A stretch of DNA of 64,000 nucleotides from a virus (IMGVR_UViG_3300009509_000009:15666-79665); one strand, 5' to 3'; numbered from the stretch's first letter, positions 19,918 through 29,912 are shown. The notes: generated from the sequence alone by a model not told the origin. Made by a program: numbers and translations.

Positions 19918-21711
19918 ATGTCAGCCATTCTAGAAGATGTTAGGACTCCCAGGATCGAGCCACGGTTCGACTTGGACCTTGAAGACGAGCTCATTGATAG
20001 CTTCATTGATCCTGATGAAGAAGCTGAGATGGCCGAGCTTGACGCTATCATAGATGGCGTTGCTTACAAGCCTCCTGAGAGTCAGCTACCAGAGATCACT
20101 CCCTCTGAATTTACAGAGTTCGCCATCAGGATACCGGTGAAGGGTGACCTCGAGAGGTTCAGCTTCGAGGGCCGTGAGTACCTGCGTGAGATCTATGACA
20201 CACCAGCTCGCCGCATACTCATGAAGTGTGGGCGTCAGACAGAGAAGTCTACCACTCTGGGGAACAAGTGCCTGGCGTACTGTGGGATCAACGGCAACTT
20301 CAATGTGCTGTACGTCAGCGCAACTGCCCAGCAAGCTCAGGTCTTTTCGGTAGACCGGATCAAGAACGTGATCGAGACCTCACCAGAGTTCGCTCATCTG
20401 GTCGACAGGAAGCTCCAGCAGAACGTTCTCTTCAAGCAGTTCAAAAACAGATCCAACATCAGAATCAGGTACGCCTTCCTGTCTGCAGACCGCGTTCGTG
20501 GTATTCCAGCAGACAAGATCTTGATCGATGAGATCCAGGACATCATCACCGATAACATACCAGTCATTGAGGCATGCGCCTTCCACTCTGACTGGAAGAT
20601 CTTCTGCTACTCAGGCACTCCAAAGAGTCTGGATAATACGATCGAGGTATACTGGGCGGACTTCAGCACGCAGAACGAGTGGGTAGTTCCGTGCGAGGCC
20701 TGTGGCGGTACCAGCCGTCGTAAGGACACCTGGCACTGGAACATTCTCGGATCAAGGAACATCGGTAAGAAAGGTCTGGTGTGCGCCAAGTGCAAGAGAT
20801 CGATCAACCCGAGACACCCAGACGCGCAGTGGTCATCCAGGCAGCCAATAACGAAGGAAAATAGGAACCGAGTATCATTCGAGGGCTATCGAATTCCTCA
20901 GCTGATGGTACCGTGGGTAGACTGGGAAGAGGTACTGTCTGCTCGTGAGCGATTCTCCACAGCTCAGTTCAACAACGAGGTCCTCGGACTGTCATACGAT
21001 TCTGGCGTACGACCGCTCACAAGGGCACAGATCAAGTCGTGTTGCAAGGAAGAGATACACTTCACTGACCTAGAAGAGAATGCCCGCAAGTGCCACGGTG
21101 GAGTGTTCGCTGGTATCGACTGGGGTACTGGGGAGAATACCTACACAGTCATCTCACTTGGCGGTTACATGGGAGGATCGTTCCAGATATTCTTCTGCCA
21201 CCGCTTCACTGGTGACGATCTTGAACCCAGAATGCAGCTGGATAAGATCGCCAAGCTGCTTCACGCAGTGAGGTTCAGGTGCTGTGGTGCTGACTACGGC
21301 GGAGGCTTCGACAAGAACGATTGGCTGATGAGAAACTTCGGCCCAACAAAGTTCGTCAAGTTTCAGTACGCTCCGAACCCGAGTAAGAAGATCTACTGGC
21401 AGCCGAAGCTCGGCCGCTACATCGCCCACCGCACCGAGATCATGAGCGACATTTTCAACGCTCTCAAGCGTAAGCAGATCTGGCTGCCCAACTGGGAGGA
21501 GTTTGTCACTCCGCATGGAGAGGACATCCTCAACATCTTCAGTGAGTGGAACGCCCAGCTCAGAATGCTGCAGTACAAGGTTAGCCCAGGGAAGACAGAC
21601 GACACCTTCCACTCGATTCTATACTGCATGCTTGCCTCTATGATCGGCGGGAAGATGAGACCAGATATTCTGGTTCCAGTTCGTGAGGGCGACGTCCTGT
21701 TTCATGGTTAG
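19918..21711 (+). CDS. terL: Terminase large subunit (lambda gpA-like)
   Basis: Walker A 'MKCGRQTEKST', Walker B 'ILIDEIQD', coupling motif 'SGTP', Zn finger CEAC/CAKC, 'FNNEVLG', nuclease 'AGIDWG'. Confidence 0.9.
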   Translation: MSAILEDVRTPRIEPRFDLDLEDELIDSFIDPDEEAEMAELDAIIDGVAYKPPESQLPEITPSEFTEFAIRIPVKGDLERFSFEGREYLREIYDTPARRILMKCGRQTEKSTTLGNKCLAYCGINGNFNVLYVSATAQQAQVFSVDRIKNVIETSPEFAHLVDRKLQQNVLFKQFKNRSNIRIRYAFLSADRVRGIPADKILIDEIQDIITDNIPVIEACAFHSDWKIFCYSGTPKSLDNTIEVYWADFSTQNEWVVPCEACGGTSRRKDTWHWNILGSRNIGKKGLVCAKCKRSINPRHPDAQWSSRQPITKENRNRVSFEGYRIPQLMVPWVDWEEVLSARERFSTAQFNNEVLGLSYDSGVRPLTRAQIKSCCKEEIHFTDLEENARKCHGGVFAGIDWGTGENTYTVISLGGYMGGSFQIFFCHRFTGDDLEPRMQLDKIAKLLHAVRFRCCGADYGGGFDKNDWLMRNFGPTKFVKFQYAPNPSKKIYWQPKLGRYIAHRTEIMSDIFNALKRKQIWLPNWEEFVTPHGEDILNIFSEWNAQLRMLQYKVSPGKTDDTFHSILYCMLASMIGGKMRPDILVPVREGDVLFHG

Positions 21712-21856
21712 CTAAGAGGAACGGACGGGTGTAGAACTGGGACGCTGTAAAGCCATCCCTGTTCTACGATCCCGTCCCTTCAACCAGGTCCGTCGACGAT
21801 CCCTCTCGGTTTCCTCTTTTCAGATCGCTGCCGATCCTAGCCGTAGAACCTGGTTG
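21712..21856 (-). other. Structured intergenic/3'UTR element (two long stems)
   Basis: GGACGGG/CCCGTCC and GTAGAAC/GTTCTAC nested stem (21723-21777); CAACCAGGT/ACCTGGTTG stem (21781-21856). Confidence 0.55.
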
Positions 21857-21875
21857 GTACTGCTCGGTGCCGAAC

Positions 21876-22451
21876 TCAAGCGGCTTTGCGTCCGCGCTTC
21901 TTTGCGGCCGGCTGCTTGGTCGTGGACTGCTTGGTTTTTCTGGCTGCACGCTTCTTGGGGGTGGGGGTGGGGACGTCGGTGATCTGGGTGCCGAGCGCTT
22001 CGACGTCTTCCTTCACGGACTCGAGCTCTGCGTTCAGCTCCTTCTTGAGCGCCTCCTTCAGGCCGCTTCGGAGAGTGTTGATCTCTCCTTGGAGCTGGGT
22101 CTCCTGCGCCTTCATCACCTTCTCGGCCTCGAGGGCGAAGCTGTTGATGGCGCTCACGGTGTTCTTGTCGAGCTGTCGGGTAACGCCGGCTGCGGCGCCA
22201 AAGCCCATGACGGCGCCCGACGTCGAACCGATCGTGATTCCGAGCCAGTCAGCCAACTCCAAGAGGCGCCCGGTGCTCCAGCCCAACAGCGCGCCGAGTC
22301 CCGCACCGCCGATCGTTCCCAGCAGATACACGAACCAGTATCTGCCCAACGAACTCCCAAAGGTCAGCTCCTTGGCCGTCTTCTCGGCGATCTTGCTGAT
22401 CTCCTTCTCGGTCTTCTCCTCTTTCTTCTCTGTCTTCGTCTCGTCTGACAT
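21876..22451 (-). CDS. Putative membrane protein (two Gly-rich hydrophobic helices, coiled coil, basic tail)
   Basis: 191 aa, AGGAGG RBS. Confidence 0.75.
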   Translation of the reverse strand: MSDETKTEKKEEKTEKEISKIAEKTAKELTFGSSLGRYWFVYLLGTIGGAGLGALLGWSTGRLLELADWLGITIGSTSGAVMGFGAAAGVTRQLDKNTVSAINSFALEAEKVMKAQETQLQGEINTLRSGLKEALKKELNAELESVKEDVEALGTQITDVPTPTPKKRAARKTKQSTTKQPAAKKRGRKAA

Positions 22452-22493
22452 TGTCTTCCTCCTGACCTAATAGGTTAGGTCGCAATCTGGGTT

Positions 22494-22508
22494 CAATGAT
22501 CTTATGAC
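22494..22508 (-). promoter_or_regulatory. Shared minus-strand upstream motif, copy 4 (GTCATAAGATCATTG)
   Basis: 43 nt upstream of ATG 22451. Confidence 0.6.
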
Positions 22509-22531
22509 TGGAGGAAGGTCGGTTTTGCAGG

Positions 22532-23275
22532 TTAGAGGGCTGCCAGACGGCCCCTACTGCCTGTCTTCTTCATCTGGCGGGCCAGGTCATCGAAGGCGTC
22601 GATATCATTCGAGGCGAGGTGCTGAAGGAGCTTCTGGCTTGGCCCGAGCTCTGCGGCTCGCTCTACGAACAGTACTGCGATAGTGGACAGGTTCTTTCTG
22701 GCGACGACCAGGAGGTCACGAATGCGTTGAAGCTCGAGATTTGTTTTTAGGTCTTGGTGGGTAGCCACGAACTTGGTGGCCCTCATGCACAGCTGGTAGA
22801 AAGTCTGCCAAGAGTGATCTACTTTTAGCATATCATTCAGCCGATCGATCTCTAGCTCTGTGATCTTGATAAAGATCTCGCAGAAACTGAGAAGCCTGTC
22901 TGTAGGCCAGGAATCTTCCCCGAGCTCCATCTCTACCACCTGGTAAAGTTGGATGAGCTGGTCGTCCTCCATCTTAGTGAACCTCGATGCCACGAGACCG
23001 TTGACCTCGAAGAGCATGTTCAGGGCCTCTTTGAGGCGTTCGACTTCTCGCTCGAGGAATAGTAGGCGACGTATCATATCGCCAGGAGCAATCTCTCCTG
23101 CTATGTTCAGTCGATGGATCTCTGCGACGTCAGCAGTGCGTACATAGCAGCTGTCGCCCTCGTACTTCCTGCGAATGAGGCCTTGGTCGCATAGGTCATG
23201 GACCTTCTTCTGGGGGCAGTTGAGGATCCCCGCTGCCTTTGAAACTGGAATGAACTCTTTAGGGTTGCTTCCCAT
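22532..23275 (-). CDS. Helix-turn-helix (excisionase/MerR-like) DNA-binding protein
   Basis: N-terminal 'IPVSKAAGILNCPQKKVHDLCDQGLI' followed by coiled coil. Confidence 0.7.
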   Translation of the reverse strand: MGSNPKEFIPVSKAAGILNCPQKKVHDLCDQGLIRRKYEGDSCYVRTADVAEIHRLNIAGEIAPGDMIRRLLFLEREVERLKEALNMLFEVNGLVASRFTKMEDDQLIQLYQVVEMELGEDSWPTDRLLSFCEIFIKITELEIDRLNDMLKVDHSWQTFYQLCMRATKFVATHQDLKTNLELQRIRDLLVVARKNLSTIAVLFVERAAELGPSQKLLQHLASNDIDAFDDLARQMKKTGSRGRLAAL

Positions 23276-23362
23276 GCGATCCTCTATATGCTAGTTTTTA
23301 TAGTAGCAGTAGTGGGAGTAGACACCAAGTACTCGGTGTCACGCCCGTAAGGGGCGCCAGCT

Positions 23363-24274
23363 ATGAGGAACAGGCGCATGATCGGAACTGAGACAGCACC
23401 CTTCACGATGGGTGACCATTCTCATCGTGAGGTGGCACCTGATCGGCTGCGTCTTCTTGGAAAGCAAGCTAGCGCTTTGTATTCCCAGAGGAACATGCCG
23501 TTGACTGAGGCGGTGGTCCAGGTTCTGGGTTCGGAACAGAATCTGGGTCCGGAGCACGTGCGGAGGGTCGTTGAGTTCGCCAACACCTACGCCTTCGACA
23601 GCGACTTCGACAAGCAGGCTGGAGATCACAGGGTCGTGAACTTCAACGACGGCCCGGCGGATCCATCAAGTGTCATGAAGGAGCTGCGTGATGGCTCGAC
23701 CCCCTCGGTCTATGGTGCCCCTGCTCCTGTGAGCGAGCCTTCGGGTTACGTTCCAGGGGCTGAAGGCGCTCTGGCTGAGGCGTTCGGTCAAAACGTGAAG
23801 ACGGCTGCGGCGAACGGAGGCTATCCGTTTGAGAACCCACACGGAGACATGTTCGCTCTCTACGATACGGTGAGGGCTGCTCGAGATCAGATCCACGCGG
23901 AACTGTCTGAGCTGGAAGTGGCGTATGACAGCGCCGCTGACTCCCTCTTCAAGGAGGCTCGCCAGGTGATCCTGGATGGGAACTCCCCGGCCGACGTGTC
24001 TTCTGTCGTCGCTTCCGCTGCTCCCAGTGTGGACTTCGTGAAGCTGGCGCTGAAGCTCATCTCGAACCGGATGGAGTACGAGCGCATCCCTGTGAGGGAG
24101 GGTCTGAACAAGACGGCTTCTGTGCGCCTGGCCAATCCACAGCACCCGCTGTACAGGGCCACGGTCGAGTTCGTCAAGGTGGCTGGTGCTCGCTTCCATC
24201 GTGTTGCTGCGCTCGAGCACCTCAACGAGCAGATCGCTGAGGTCAGGCGAGAGATGAAGAAGGTGATGCAATGA
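23363..24274 (+). CDS. Hypothetical head-module protein with KxA motifs
   Basis: KQAS, KQAG, KTAAA, KTAS, KVAG; start could be 23408. Confidence 0.75.
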   Translation: MRNRRMIGTETAPFTMGDHSHREVAPDRLRLLGKQASALYSQRNMPLTEAVVQVLGSEQNLGPEHVRRVVEFANTYAFDSDFDKQAGDHRVVNFNDGPADPSSVMKELRDGSTPSVYGAPAPVSEPSGYVPGAEGALAEAFGQNVKTAAANGGYPFENPHGDMFALYDTVRAARDQIHAELSELEVAYDSAADSLFKEARQVILDGNSPADVSSVVASAAPSVDFVKLALKLISNRMEYERIPVREGLNKTASVRLANPQHPLYRATVEFVKVAGARFHRVAALEHLNEQIAEVRREMKKVMQ

Positions 24275-24627
24275 GTCTGATCGCTGCTGACCACCTGGTT
24301 CGTCAGGAACTCCAGAAGGCTGCCACGGCCGCTGATGTCGGCCGTGGCATCATTGGTGCCGTCAAAGGTACTGGTCGTGTGATCCAGAAGGGATTCTCAG
24401 AGGCTGGTCGTCAGGCCGCCCAAGAGCTTGGTGGTGGAGCGGGCGGCAAGCTGGTTGGTGGAGCTATCACTGCAGCTCCGGCTCTCGCCGCTGGTGGAGC
24501 GGCTGCTTACGGAATCAATGAGATGGCCGGCGATCCGCTTGGTCGTTACGTGGCTCGGAAGCGTCAGCAGCTCGCCAACAGAATCCAGGGCTCTCAGGTC
24601 TACCAGCAGGGAGGAGTGTACTACTGA
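24271..24627 (+). CDS. Small Gly-zipper protein with QELQKAA leader
   Basis: 118 aa, ATGA coupling. Confidence 0.75.
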   Translation: MSLIAADHLVRQELQKAATAADVGRGIIGAVKGTGRVIQKGFSEAGRQAAQELGGGAGGKLVGGAITAAPALAAGGAAAYGINEMAGDPLGRYVARKRQQLANRIQGSQVYQQGGVYY

Positions 24628-25079
24628 TGGGCGCAATCAGAGACTTCCTCGAGCACGAGGGTATGATCGAAAAAACAGCTGCGGCTCCTCTGTCCTGGAG
24701 AGAAGCCGCACACAAAGCTGGGGTCATGGCTGCTGGTACAGCTCTCACCTACGGAGTCATGGAGGCTATCAGCGCCGCCAAGAATGCTGTCAACAGGACT
24801 CGTGGCTACCGAGCCATGATCGACACCAACCCAGAGCTCAAGGAGATGGATGCCGAGGGCGTCAAGGCCATGTACAACATGATGCACAAGACCGCCCCGA
24901 CTCTTGCTCAGAACCCCTACATAGCTGGGGGCTTCGTCAAGCGAATCGAGCACGGCAAGAAGTGGATGGATCCGCGCATTGTGTCCGACTTGGCTGAGAC
25001 CGAGGCGAAGATGCAGCGCACTGGCTACGGACCACTGACCGGCTTCCCATTCGAGGTCGGCAAGGCCATGGCTGGCTGA
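24627..25079 (+). CDS. Small protein with EKTAA leader and hydrophobic helix
   Basis: 150 aa, GGAGG RBS. Confidence 0.75.
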   Translation: MGAIRDFLEHEGMIEKTAAAPLSWREAAHKAGVMAAGTALTYGVMEAISAAKNAVNRTRGYRAMIDTNPELKEMDAEGVKAMYNMMHKTAPTLAQNPYIAGGFVKRIEHGKKWMDPRIVSDLAETEAKMQRTGYGPLTGFPFEVGKAMAG

Positions 25080-25089
25080 TTCCTCTATC

Positions 25090-27099
25090 ATGATCATAAA
25101 GCAGTGCCAGTTTAGTGGGCGGGATGATAGTGGAGTGCACGTGCACCTCCTCCATCCTGGCTACGACAACGAGCACCTGGTCAAGGTAGCTGCGGCGTCG
25201 CCTCCCCAGCTTGAGCGAGTCCTCAAGCTGGTGCGGTCAATGCCCAAGACAAACAGTTCTCTTCCAGTTCTGGTAAGCGCCATGGGGGCTGGAGAGTACT
25301 GGGGGTCGAACTCCAACGGAGACTACTTCCCAGAGTCCTCATTGATCCACACTCCACCAAACTGGTTGGGTCTGTCTCTGGACCTGCAACGGCAATTGGG
25401 AGCTAGGTGGGAGTGGGGATACCCGACGTTCTACAACGCCCACGCCTTCCAGCACCACGTGAACAAGGATCCAGCTCGAGCATTCGGCGATGTCGTCTAC
25501 GCGATGTGGGATCCACAGATGAAGCGAGTGCTTCTGGTCATCAACATCGACCGGGAGAAGGCGCGAGTCATGGGTGCCATCAGCGTGGTGGACAAGATCG
25601 AGAACGGGGAGTTCCCTGATGTCTCGATGGGCTGCAAGGTGCCCTACGATGTCTGCACCATTTGCGCCGACTGGTCGCGCATCACACAGAACCCAAAGAA
25701 GGACCTCGCTGAGCACAGGAAGCGTCCCATTCGTGGGCTCTCCACCACGCGCCACGAGTACTGTCAGCATCTGCAGGCAGAGCTGAACAAGATCTATCCT
25801 GACGGCCGTAAGGTCGCCATGATCAATCTGCACCCCAAGTTCTTTGATCTTAGCTTCGTATTCATCGGAGCCGACAAGACCTCGAAGGTGATGGCGAAGC
25901 TGGCTGGCGCTCAGATGTGTCCCATCCGCTCTAACGCCAGGATGTGCAAGAAGGGATGTTTCGACTGTGCTATTCCCTCGAGCCATGTGTACGAGGTATG
26001 GTCAAGAGAGAAGACAGCCGAAAGGGCTGAGAGATCTGGTGCTGTGGCAGTCTCTATGAGTAAAGAGGAACCAACTGCATATGATCGTATGCGCGCTGAA
26101 GCTACCTCCAGAGGTCTAACTCCTCATCAGCACGCTATGAAGATGGGCCGTAAGGAGTGGCTGACGCGCATAAATAAGGCGCGGAAAGAGGATGCAGCTT
26201 CGGGGAGACCCTGGCTCGGTGATAAAAAGATCGAGAAGAAGGCGGTCACCTTTCCAGGTATGGAAAGGGAGCTCCGAGACGAGAGGGATGAGATGGGCCC
26301 ACTCGAGGAGCTGTTTGGGATCGATAAGCAATCTGCTGCAGAGATCGCTAAGAAAGCGGAGATCATCAAGCAGATAAGATCTAACTTCTCGAAGAGCCTG
26401 CCAGGAATGACAGCTGAAGAACCCAACATTCCTAACGACGTTCTCAACGCCATGTCTCAATGTCCCAGAGAAGCTCTCGGTACGGCTGGCAGTATGGGAA
26501 TCGTTCTCAAGCCCAGAGAGTTTCAGAGGACCATAATCATAGCTCGAGGCAGGCCTGACTTGGCTGACCAGCTCGACGATGCTGGAGCTTGCTTCAGTCC
26601 AGGAGCTCCTCCATCGAGGGACTTCAGCATCTCAGATAAGATCATTCCGCGCCTACTACAGGCGCTGGCACCATTGATAGGAGAACGGAGCTGTTTCGGC
26701 CCGCCCGTTCACCGAAGAGTCATACGGATGACGATCATCAAGAGGCCGGAGTCACCGCTTGAGCTTGAGGGTAATCCGCTTCTAGACAAGCTGAGCGCAG
26801 ATTATTCTGCGTACCGACAGCAGCTTCTGTACAAGCAGGCAGCTCTAGTTGACCAGCTCATCCACGAGCACCCTTGGGTAACGTCCGCTATCCTCGGACC
26901 CCAAATTGAAGGATCGTTTGGAGGGGGTCTTGTCAAGGCGGGGGGTAGTGTGGTGGAATCAATGCTTGGAATGCTCTCGATCGACTATCTAAACCAGGCA
27001 CACCTTCCGAAACCGATCTCGGAGTTCGTTTCGGATCATTGTGACCTGGCCGGATTGAAGTCGGCAGGGGAGCTCGCTTCGTGCGGTAGGGTAGCGTAG
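25090..27099 (+). CDS. Putative prohead (capsid maturation) protease with Zn-binding insert and C-terminal extension
   Basis: 'NSNGDYF...HAFQHHVNKDP..AFGDV...DVSMGCKVPYDVCTIC...FFDLSFVFIGAD' pattern consistent with HK97/assemblin-fold Ser-His proteases; upstream of the capsid genes. Confidence 0.65.
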   Translation: MIIKQCQFSGRDDSGVHVHLLHPGYDNEHLVKVAAASPPQLERVLKLVRSMPKTNSSLPVLVSAMGAGEYWGSNSNGDYFPESSLIHTPPNWLGLSLDLQRQLGARWEWGYPTFYNAHAFQHHVNKDPARAFGDVVYAMWDPQMKRVLLVINIDREKARVMGAISVVDKIENGEFPDVSMGCKVPYDVCTICADWSRITQNPKKDLAEHRKRPIRGLSTTRHEYCQHLQAELNKIYPDGRKVAMINLHPKFFDLSFVFIGADKTSKVMAKLAGAQMCPIRSNARMCKKGCFDCAIPSSHVYEVWSREKTAERAERSGAVAVSMSKEEPTAYDRMRAEATSRGLTPHQHAMKMGRKEWLTRINKARKEDAASGRPWLGDKKIEKKAVTFPGMERELRDERDEMGPLEELFGIDKQSAAEIAKKAEIIKQIRSNFSKSLPGMTAEEPNIPNDVLNAMSQCPREALGTAGSMGIVLKPREFQRTIIIARGRPDLADQLDDAGACFSPGAPPSRDFSISDKIIPRLLQALAPLIGERSCFGPPVHRRVIRMTIIKRPESPLELEGNPLLDKLSADYSAYRQQLLYKQAALVDQLIHEHPWVTSAILGPQIEGSFGGGLVKAGGSVVESMLGMLSIDYLNQAHLPKPISEFVSDHCDLAGLKSAGELASCGRVA

Positions 27100-27180
27100 G
27101 GGCGTCATGGACTCTCGAAGATCGCTTCTCACCGTCAATAGGCCTTTTGAAGGGTAAATGACAACGAGGAGAAAAGAACA

Positions 27181-28065
27181 ATGGATCCTAACAACATGCC
27201 CGATCCTTTCCTGAGCCAGTACTACGGTACCAACGTGCCCGAGCCGATCGAAGGCGACAGCCTCGAGAAGATGGCCCAGCTTCATCTCCTGGAGAAGCTG
27301 GCAGAGGACGAGCAGATCGACCTCACCCAGTACTCCGACGAGGAGATTCTCGCCATGACCGATCAGGTCTTTGGTGAAGGCAATGGGGGCTACGAGCCCC
27401 AGTACGGTGACGGCGACTACGAGAAGATCGCCGCCGCCCGATTCGAGGAGGCCGACTATCTCGGTCGCGTGATGGCCCACTCCATGTGGAACGAGCTCGA
27501 AGCCATCCAGAAGGCAGCCGCTCGAGGCGGTCAGATGTGGGAGGGTGGAGAAGCAGCAGGCGAGAAGGCTTGGCAGGAGCAAACGAAGAAGGTCAAGGAT
27601 CTGAAGAGCGAGGCCGTCAGCGCCGCCAAGGAGCGACACTGGGCCAACAAGCCCTCCGCCGCTGGCAAGGGCTACAGCGGTGCCCGTTCCGTCGGCAAAG
27701 CTGAGGGAGCAGCTCGAGGCGCTCTCCACAAGCTGAAGAGGCCAGGCGCCAAGGGCAAGGCCGCTCTCGTCGCCGGCGGAGCCGCTGCTCTCACCGGCGG
27801 AGCTATCCTCGGAGCCCGCGCGCTGAAGAAGAGGCAGGAGCAGCAGAAGACGGCCTCGGCTCTCGACACTCTCGCCGACTCCCGCGCCTTCGACATCCTG
27901 GCCGAGTATGGCTACGTCACCGAGCGGGGAGATGTCATCCCTCCCGACGGCGAGCCCGGAACTCCCTGGGATGTGCCGTTCCAGAAGACGGCCTCGGTGG
28001 AGCTGGACAACGCGGTCGAGGACCTGGCGTGGGGCAAGCTCTACGACCTGGGATACCTCGGGTAG
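27181..28065 (+). CDS. Head-module protein rich in KxA motifs (scaffold/core candidate)
   Basis: EKMAQ, EKLAE, EKIAAA, QKAAA, QKTAS x2; high GC3. Confidence 0.8.
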   Translation: MDPNNMPDPFLSQYYGTNVPEPIEGDSLEKMAQLHLLEKLAEDEQIDLTQYSDEEILAMTDQVFGEGNGGYEPQYGDGDYEKIAAARFEEADYLGRVMAHSMWNELEAIQKAAARGGQMWEGGEAAGEKAWQEQTKKVKDLKSEAVSAAKERHWANKPSAAGKGYSGARSVGKAEGAARGALHKLKRPGAKGKAALVAGGAAALTGGAILGARALKKRQEQQKTASALDTLADSRAFDILAEYGYVTERGDVIPPDGEPGTPWDVPFQKTASVELDNAVEDLAWGKLYDLGYLG

Positions 28066-28074
28066 CATGAGCTC

Positions 28075-28371
28075 ATGTCGGGCCTGGGTGTGAGAACGGT
28101 GGAAGCTATGATGGACGAGCTACAGAAGATCGCTAAGTTTTCTGTTTCAGCTCCGTCCATCAAGGCTCCACCTGCACCTGGAGGAGATGGATCGGTGCTG
28201 AAGGCAACTCCAGCGTCGCCTGTCTCCCCGAAAGCGATCTCTGCCAAGGCTCTGAAGTCCACGAACCTAACGAAGACGAACTACACCAACGTCTCCACTG
28301 AGGTGCCAGCACCACAGATCGGTCAGACGATGGAACAGAAGGCTTTGCAGCCTCCTGTAGTTCGGTCATAG
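28075..28371 (+). CDS. Small Pro/Ser/Thr-rich protein with MDELQKIA leader
   Basis: 98 aa. Confidence 0.65.
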   Translation: MSGLGVRTVEAMMDELQKIAKFSVSAPSIKAPPAPGGDGSVLKATPASPVSPKAISAKALKSTNLTKTNYTNVSTEVPAPQIGQTMEQKALQPPVVRS

Positions 28372-28381
28372 GAGGTAGCCG

Positions 28382-29533
28382 ATGAGGTTTACGCTACAGC
28401 AGATGGTAAAGGCTGCAATGCGTGGGTCTCAGGCCGATGCCATGCAGAAGATCGCCGAGGAGGCAAACGACTCGGGAGCATGTGAGGCCTGTGGAGAATC
28501 CGCGCCCCCCGGCAGCAAGCTGTGCCGGGAGTGTGCCGCCAAAGCTGCCAAAGCGGAGGCCGTGCGCGGCGGCGACAGCGAAGAGGAGGGGGAGGAGAAA
28601 ACTTCGGCCCTCCGAGTTGAGAAGCTGGCGTCTGCAGTCGAAGAGGTCCTGTACAACTTCGACAACATGGACTGGAGTCTGTGGCACCAGTTCAAGCTCG
28701 CCGCAAGCGTGCCGACCGCTTCGCCTGGCACCGGCCCCGGGGCCGGACCTACGGCGACACCAACAACGGACAAGACTCCGACTCCTGGAGTTCAGGCGAC
28801 GGAGTTTGGGGAGGCCAAGAAGGACAAGCCTCCCATGAATCCGCCGATGGAGACACCTGTGGGTGGGGGCAAAGGCGCCCCGAATGCCATGGCGGACAAC
28901 GTCGACGATCTTCGGGCGGCCTACCCGGAGCAAGGTGTGATGAAGCAGGGCGGCATGCGCTCCCTGTATCAGAACATCATGCTCCGAAAGGTTGGAGCTG
29001 ACTCGGAGAGCCCGGCGTCCGTTTCAGGACCCAAGTTCACCACGCTTCCTGAGGATCAGCCTTCTCAGATGAAGCGCCCACCGGAGGTCACCTCTCAGGA
29101 GGCGATGGTCGCAAGCAACCAAGCTGCGATCGACGCCACCAAGCGGCAAGCGGCAGAGGTACCGAAGAGGCGGATGGGTGAGGTGATCGAGGAGCCAGCC
29201 CAGAGTGCGGCGTCCGACAAGGCGCTTGATGCGAATCTGGGTTCGGCTACGGTGGACCAAGCAGGGGCGAAGATCGCTGCTGCTCGTGTCCTCCTGCAGA
29301 AGGTAGCGTCCCAGGGATGCTCCTGCGGAGCAGATCATCCCAGCAACGGAAGCTGCAACTTCTGCAAGCTCGCCGCACGCATCGAACAACGAAAGGGAGC
29401 TCGTATGGGCAAGGCCTCGCAGATGGCAGGAGCGGCACCGATGCCGACCCCGCCGACTGCACCTGGCTCATCGGCTGGCGCAGCTCCTCCGCCACCGGTA
29501 CCAGGCAGTCCAATGCCTGGGACGGGGATGTAG
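28382..29533 (+). CDS. Head-module protein with KxA motifs, two Zn fingers and Pro-rich linkers
   Basis: QKIAE, EKTSA, EKLAS, KLAAS, KIAAA, QKVAS; CEAC..CREC and CSC..CNFC. Confidence 0.8.
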   Translation: MRFTLQQMVKAAMRGSQADAMQKIAEEANDSGACEACGESAPPGSKLCRECAAKAAKAEAVRGGDSEEEGEEKTSALRVEKLASAVEEVLYNFDNMDWSLWHQFKLAASVPTASPGTGPGAGPTATPTTDKTPTPGVQATEFGEAKKDKPPMNPPMETPVGGGKGAPNAMADNVDDLRAAYPEQGVMKQGGMRSLYQNIMLRKVGADSESPASVSGPKFTTLPEDQPSQMKRPPEVTSQEAMVASNQAAIDATKRQAAEVPKRRMGEVIEEPAQSAASDKALDANLGSATVDQAGAKIAAARVLLQKVASQGCSCGADHPSNGSCNFCKLAARIEQRKGARMGKASQMAGAAPMPTPPTAPGSSAGAAPPPPVPGSPMPGTGM

Positions 29534-29543
29534 AAAGGAGAGC

Positions 29544-29912
29544 ATGATGGATAAGATCGCAGCACACGATGCGTTCGCCGCGCTCTCCGAAGTGCCTGGC
29601 ACTCTCAGGGCACAGCAGACCCGCATCCGGGAGCTCACGAGTGAGAACCATGAGCTTCGGGAGAAGGTCGCCAGCTACGAGGTTCGTGACCGAGTCGAGA
29701 AGATCGCCTCTGAGATGGAGGAGAAGGGAATCGACGCTGGTCTGAGCCACGAGGAGAAGCTGGAGATGCTCCAGAAGAAGGCGTCCGAGGGAACCCTCGA
29801 CGTCGTGGAGCACGCGGTGAAGCTGGCGGCTTCGGGAAGCCCCTTCGGAGAGTTGGGCGACCGTCCCAGCGCAGGAGGTAGTTTGGTGGGCTACCTTCTC
29901 GAGGATGAGTAG
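29544..29912 (+). CDS. Scaffold-like coiled-coil protein
   Basis: 122 aa with five KxA sites, just upstream of the capsid genes. Confidence 0.7.
   Translation: MMDKIAAHDAFAALSEVPGTLRAQQTRIRELTSENHELREKVASYEVRDRVEKIASEMEEKGIDAGLSHEEKLEMLQKKASEGTLDVVEHAVKLAASGSPFGELGDRPSAGGSLVGYLLEDE

Noticed and set aside
21795-21830. Hammerhead ribozyme core (CTGA...GAAA on the minus strand)
   Set aside because: CTGAAAAG does not match the CUGANGA core, and stem II is not convincing.
21876-22451. Holin assignment
   Set aside because: TM helices are present, but no endolysin or spanin lies nearby and there is no family-specific signal.
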